Assembly: GCA_038205245.1 (NCBI GenBank) | Contig: JBBRCD010000002.1 | Coordinates: 113-64,112, forward strand | Source: Burkholderiales bacterium | GTDB lineage: Bacteria; Pseudomonadota; Gammaproteobacteria; Burkholderiales; CAIKXV01 | Direction: 5' to 3' | DNA: 64,000 nt | Shown: piece by piece, positions 60,080 through 64,000 of the stretch | Position numbering within the stretch: the first letter of the stretch is position 1 | Layout: each line of letters starts with the position of its first letter | Translations under genes and position numbers: made by a program | The notes under the pieces: model-generated | What the model was told of the DNA's origin: nothing | The model's database searches: none | What the model saw: the letters and a program-made list of their open reading frames with translations, nothing else

Positions 60080-60892
60080 ATGTTGCAACCGCCCGCGCGC
60101 AAACCGACTGTCCAACTCAAGACCGCCGAGGAGATCGAGGCGATGCGCGTTGCCGGGCGGCTGGCCTCCGAGGTGCTCGACTTCATCGGCGCGCATGTGC
60201 AGGCCGGGGTCACGACCGAGGAGATCGACCGGCTCTGCCATGACTACATCACCGCAGAGCAGCAGGCGGTCCCGGCGCCGCTCAATTACGCTCCGGCAGG
60301 CTATACACCCTATCCAAAATCGATCTGCACGTCGGTGAATCATGTGGTCTGCCATGGCATCCCGGGCGACAAGAAGCTCCGGCCTGGCGACATCGTCAAT
60401 ATCGACGTCACCGTGATCAAGGACGGCTTCCATGGCGACACCAGCCGCATGTTCTATGTCGGTGAGCCGTCGATCCAGGCGCGCCGGCTGTGCGAACTCA
60501 CTTACTCCAGCATGTGGGCCGGTATCCGCCAGGTGCGCGCCGGCGCGACGCTGGGCGATATCGGACATGCGATCCAGTCGCTCGCCGAGGGCCATGGCTT
60601 CAGCGTAGTACGCGAGTTCTGCGGTCACGGTATCGGCCGCCGTTTTCACGAAGAGCCGCAGGTGCTGCATTATGGCCGCTCTGGCGCCGGCATGCGGCTG
60701 GAGGCCGGCATGACCTTCACGATAGAACCGATGATCAACGCCGGCCGGTCGCCAATCCGGCAGCTCGCCGATGGCTGGACCATCGTCACCAAAGACCATA
60801 GCCTGTCGGCCCAATGGGAGCACACAGTGCTGGTGACAGCGACCGGTTTCGAGGTGCTTACCGCGTCGGCCGGCACGCCCGCGCCGGCCTGA
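60080..60892 (+). CDS. map: Type I methionine aminopeptidase
   Basis: LKTAEEIEAMRVAGRLASEVL...SVNHVVCHGIP...DIVNIDVTVIKDGFHGDTS...GHGIGRRFHEEP...TIEPM...EHTVLVT. Confidence 0.95.
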   Translation: MLQPPARKPTVQLKTAEEIEAMRVAGRLASEVLDFIGAHVQAGVTTEEIDRLCHDYITAEQQAVPAPLNYAPAGYTPYPKSICTSVNHVVCHGIPGDKKLRPGDIVNIDVTVIKDGFHGDTSRMFYVGEPSIQARRLCELTYSSMWAGIRQVRAGATLGDIGHAIQSLAEGHGFSVVREFCGHGIGRRFHEEPQVLHYGRSGAGMRLEAGMTFTIEPMINAGRSPIRQLADGWTIVTKDHSLSAQWEHTVLVTATGFEVLTASAGTPAPA

Positions 60893-60974
60893 CCACGAGC
60901 GCGCGGCGTCGCTCCGTGGCGCCTCAGGCGTCTCCCGCCTGCCGCCCATCCCGCAGCCCACGCCCACCGACGCC

Positions 60975-63590
60975 GTGCTTGACCCGAAACAGGCCGCACC
61001 CGATCACGACCAGTGCCCGATGGATGGCCGTGCGGAACTGACCGCACGGCTGCGCCAGCGACTCGCCGAGGGTCGCGCCGAATTGCGTAGCCGCTACATC
61101 GCCGGCCTCGCAGGCAAGCGCATGCTGCGCGGTCAGGCCAGGCTCACCGACGGATTGCTGCGCGACGTCTGGCGCCACCTGCGGATGCCGCCGACTGCAG
61201 CCCTGCTCGCGGTGGGCGGTTATGGCCGGGGCGAGCTGTTCCCCTGGTCCGATGTGGACGTGCTGGTGCTGCTGGCAGCCAGCCCGAGCCTGAGCCTGGA
61301 GTCCAAGGTCGAGCAACTGATCGGCATCCTGTGGGATATCGGGCTCGAAGTCGGCCACAGCGTGCGTACCGTCGAGCAGTGCCTGGATATCTCTGCGCGC
61401 GACGTCACGGTGCAGACCAACCTGCTCGAGGCGCGCCTGATTTGCGGTGCTCGCCAGCGCGCCGCGGTGTTTCGGGAACTGCTCGCCAGCCGCCTGGACC
61501 CGGTGCTGTTCTGCCAGGCAAAGCAGCTGGAACAGCAGCAGCGCCATACCCGCTACGCCGAGACCGCGCACAACCTGGAGCCAAGCATCAAGGAAAGCCC
61601 GGGCGGGCTGCGCGACCTGCAGACCATCCTCTGGATCGCCCGCGCCAGCCGGGCCGGGTCAGACTGGCGTTCGCTCGCCAGCAACGGTCTGATCAATGCG
61701 GACGAGGCAAGATCGATCGCCCACCATGAGCGCTTCCTGAGCGACCTGCGCATCCGCACCCACCTGATCGCCGGAAGACGCGAAGACCGCCTGCTGTTCG
61801 ACCTGCAGACCCGGCTTGCCGGGCAGTACGGCTTCGTCGATACGCCATCCAGACGCGCCAGCGAACAGCTGATGCAGCGCTACTACCGGACAGCAAAGTC
61901 GGTCACGCTGACCAACACGATCCTGCTGCAGAATCTGGTGGCGCGCCTGCGCCCAGGCCCTCCCTCGCCACCGGTGCAGCTTGACGACCGGTTCCAGGCA
62001 CGCAACGGTCTGCTCGAAGCGCGCGCACGCGACTTGTTCGACACCGACCGGCACGCGATTCTCGCCACCTTCATCACGATGCAGCGCCATCCGGAGCTCA
62101 CCGGTATCGAAGCCGAAACGATGCGCGCGCTCTGGCGCGGCCGCACCGGCGTTGACCGCGCGTTTCGCGCCGACCCGGAGAACCGGCGGCAATTCATGCA
62201 GATCCTGCGTGAACCCCTGGGCGTGATTCGCGAGATCCGAAGGATGCACCTGTACGGGGTACTGCGCCGGTACATTCCGGCGTTCGGCAGGATCTTCGGC
62301 CAGATGCAGCACGACCTGTTCCATGTGTACACGGTCGACGAGCACATCCTGCGCGTGGTGCGCAACGTGCGCCGCTTCACCGTGCCGCAGTTCGCCCACG
62401 AGTTTCCGCTGTGCAGCCGTCTGATCTCGGACTTCGACAGCCCGGAACTGCTCTACATCGCGGCGATCTTCCATGACATCGCCAAGGGACGGGGCGGCGA
62501 TCACTCCGAACTCGGCCAGGTCGATGCCCGGCGTTTCTGCCGGCTGCACGGCCTGTCGCGCGAAGCCACCGAGCTGGTCGCCTGGCTGGTGCAGGTGCAT
62601 CTGGTCATGTCCTCGACCGCGCAGAAACAGGACATCACCGATCCGGACGTGATCGCCGGCTTTGCGCGCCGGATCGGCAGCGAGCGGCGCCTGACCGCGC
62701 TCTACATCCTCACTGTCGCCGATATCCGGGGCACCAGTCCGAAGGTCTGGAACGGCTGGAAGGCGAAGCTGCTGGAAGATCTCTACCTGGCGACACGGCG
62801 CTACCTGGATGCCGGCGCAATCGACATCGATCACAGCCTGCAATTGCGCCAGCGAGAGGCGCTGGCAAAGCTTGCGCTGTACGGATTGCCCCCGGATGCT
62901 CAGCAGCCGCTCTGGAACAAGCTCGAGACGCCCTATTTCCTGCGCCATGACCCGCAGGAGATCGCCTGGCATGCCCGGGCTCTGCTGAACCGGGTGGACA
63001 CCCCGGAACCGATCGTGCGCGCCCGGCCGGCGCCAAGCGGTGGCGGCCTCCAGGTGCTGGTCTATCTGCCCGAGGAGAAGGAGCTGTTCGCCCGCCTGTG
63101 CGGCTTCTTCGATCGCATCGGGTTCTCGATCGTCGATGCCAAGGTCAACACCACCCGCCACCAGTACGCGCTCGATTCGTTCACCGTGCTCGATGCGGAG
63201 AACGCCACTCGCGACTATCGGGACGTGATGAGTTTCATCGAGCACGAGCTAGCGCGTTCGATCACCTCACGTTCCGCGTTGCCGGTACCGACCCGTGGCA
63301 GAGTGAGCCGGCAGCTGAGAAATTTCCCGATCGAGCCCGAGGTCAGCATCCGTCCCGACGAGCGCGGTACCCAGCAGGTGCTGTCGATCGTCGCTGGCGA
63401 CCGGCCCGGCCTGCTCTACAACCTCGCCCGGGTGCTGGTCGACTACGAGGTCAGCGTGCACACCGCATTGATCAACACCCTTGGCGAACGCGCCGAGGAT
63501 ACTTTCCTGGTCAGCGGACCGATGCTTTCGAACGAACGGACGGTGCTGCGCCTGGAGGCGGACCTCCTGGCAGCCCTGGCAGTGCGTTGA
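60975..63590 (+). CDS. glnD: [Protein-PII] uridylyltransferase / uridylyl-removing enzyme
   Basis: 871 aa. Nucleotidyltransferase motif LLAVGGYGRGELFPWSDVDVLVL, HD domain (HDIAKGRGGDHSELG), and two C-terminal ACT-like segments. The listed start is GTG; ATG 61020 is an alternative. Confidence 0.95.
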   Translation: MLDPKQAAPDHDQCPMDGRAELTARLRQRLAEGRAELRSRYIAGLAGKRMLRGQARLTDGLLRDVWRHLRMPPTAALLAVGGYGRGELFPWSDVDVLVLLAASPSLSLESKVEQLIGILWDIGLEVGHSVRTVEQCLDISARDVTVQTNLLEARLICGARQRAAVFRELLASRLDPVLFCQAKQLEQQQRHTRYAETAHNLEPSIKESPGGLRDLQTILWIARASRAGSDWRSLASNGLINADEARSIAHHERFLSDLRIRTHLIAGRREDRLLFDLQTRLAGQYGFVDTPSRRASEQLMQRYYRTAKSVTLTNTILLQNLVARLRPGPPSPPVQLDDRFQARNGLLEARARDLFDTDRHAILATFITMQRHPELTGIEAETMRALWRGRTGVDRAFRADPENRRQFMQILREPLGVIREIRRMHLYGVLRRYIPAFGRIFGQMQHDLFHVYTVDEHILRVVRNVRRFTVPQFAHEFPLCSRLISDFDSPELLYIAAIFHDIAKGRGGDHSELGQVDARRFCRLHGLSREATELVAWLVQVHLVMSSTAQKQDITDPDVIAGFARRIGSERRLTALYILTVADIRGTSPKVWNGWKAKLLEDLYLATRRYLDAGAIDIDHSLQLRQREALAKLALYGLPPDAQQPLWNKLETPYFLRHDPQEIAWHARALLNRVDTPEPIVRARPAPSGGGLQVLVYLPEEKELFARLCGFFDRIGFSIVDAKVNTTRHQYALDSFTVLDAENATRDYRDVMSFIEHELARSITSRSALPVPTRGRVSRQLRNFPIEPEVSIRPDERGTQQVLSIVAGDRPGLLYNLARVLVDYEVSVHTALINTLGERAEDTFLVSGPMLSNERTVLRLEADLLAALAVR

Positions 63591-63960
63591 TCATCGCAGC
63601 CGCGCTGGCGGGCACTGGCGGATGCGTGCCCGGCACGCCAGTACTGTCGCCGCGCTCCAGCCGGTACAGCCAGGCGAGCAGTTCCGCCACGGCAATATAG
63701 AGCTGCGGCGGAATGCGTTGATCCAGATCGACCTGCATCAGCAGCGACACCAGCTCCTTCGATTCATGCACATAGACGCCGGCTGCGCGTGCCCTCTCGA
63801 TGATCGTCTGGGCGATCGCGCCGCGCCCCTTGGCCACCACCTTTGGCGCACTGTCTCCGTCGCGGTAGGCCAGCGCCACCGCGAGCGGCAACCGTACAGG
63901 CCCGGACGACGCCGGCCCGGGGGGCATCTCAGGCGTTGACGACGGGTCAGCCTCGCTCAT
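63511..63960 (-). CDS. Small FlhB C-terminal-domain-like protein (EscU/YscU/HrcU family fragment type)
   Basis: PKVVAKGRGAIAQTIIERARAAGVYVHESKELVSLLMQVDLDQRIPPQLYIAVAELLAWLYRLE matches the FlhB/YscU C-terminal (post-NPTH) domain pattern. The 3' end overlaps glnD by 80 nt. Confidence 0.75.
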   Translation of the reverse strand: MSEADPSSTPEMPPGPASSGPVRLPLAVALAYRDGDSAPKVVAKGRGAIAQTIIERARAAGVYVHESKELVSLLMQVDLDQRIPPQLYIAVAELLAWLYRLERGDSTGVPGTHPPVPASAAAMINALPGLPGGPPPGAAPSVRSKASVR

Positions 63961-64000
63961 CGCTGATTCACCTGAAACCCGTCGACCTGCAGTCCGGCGT

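Noticed and set aside
61659-63245. 528-aa minus-strand ORF
   Set aside because: It is antisense to glnD, which has clear nucleotidyltransferase and HD motifs.

Overview
GC-rich proteobacterial chromosome segment. The gene order rpsB-tsf-pyrH-frr-uppS-cdsA-dxr-rseP-bamA-skp-lpxD-fabZ-lpxA-lpxB-rnhB is the beta-proteobacterial variant of the conserved translation/envelope supercluster; this taxon call is inference only. No similarity search or HMM was run. All calls rest on reading the supplied ORF translations, hand-checking start and stop codons in the DNA, and motif recognition. Contents from left to right: (1) a chemotaxis operon on the minus strand (loop-less MCP, cheY, cheA, two tandem MCP paralogs, cheW, cheR truncated by the window edge). 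(2) ftsB-eno-kdsA-pyrG, with GTP-type PEP carboxykinase diverging from them. (3) An array of four 57-58 bp hairpin units, a RidA-family gene and a NitT/TauT-type ABC importer. (4) An accessory block: a TagH-type FHA protein and a membrane Ser/Thr kinase as a divergent pair, abutting tail-to-tail a two-partner secretion locus (tpsB plus a 2752-aa tpsA made mostly of about 69-aa PATR-like units). (5) ppsA/ppsR and a DUF4126 protein. (6) A second accessory block: a GYF/pentapeptide-repeat protein, an EgtB/SenA-like gene, a SenB-like glycosyltransferase and a membrane methyltransferase. (7) motAB, the envelope/translation supercluster, map, glnD and a small FlhB-C-like gene. The best candidate for something undescribed is the TagH-FHA/PpkA-like kinase module. 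It has no T6SS core gene and no PP2C phosphatase anywhere in 64 kb, it is physically joined to the TPS locus, and the kinase carries a TolA-like low-complexity ectodomain. A second recurring signal is a family of short-period (6, 7, 8, 11, 12, 18, 24 nt) degenerate tandem repeats located at gene junctions, including inside otherwise tightly packed conserved operons. No tRNA, rRNA, CRISPR array, IS element, integrase or prophage gene was recognised.
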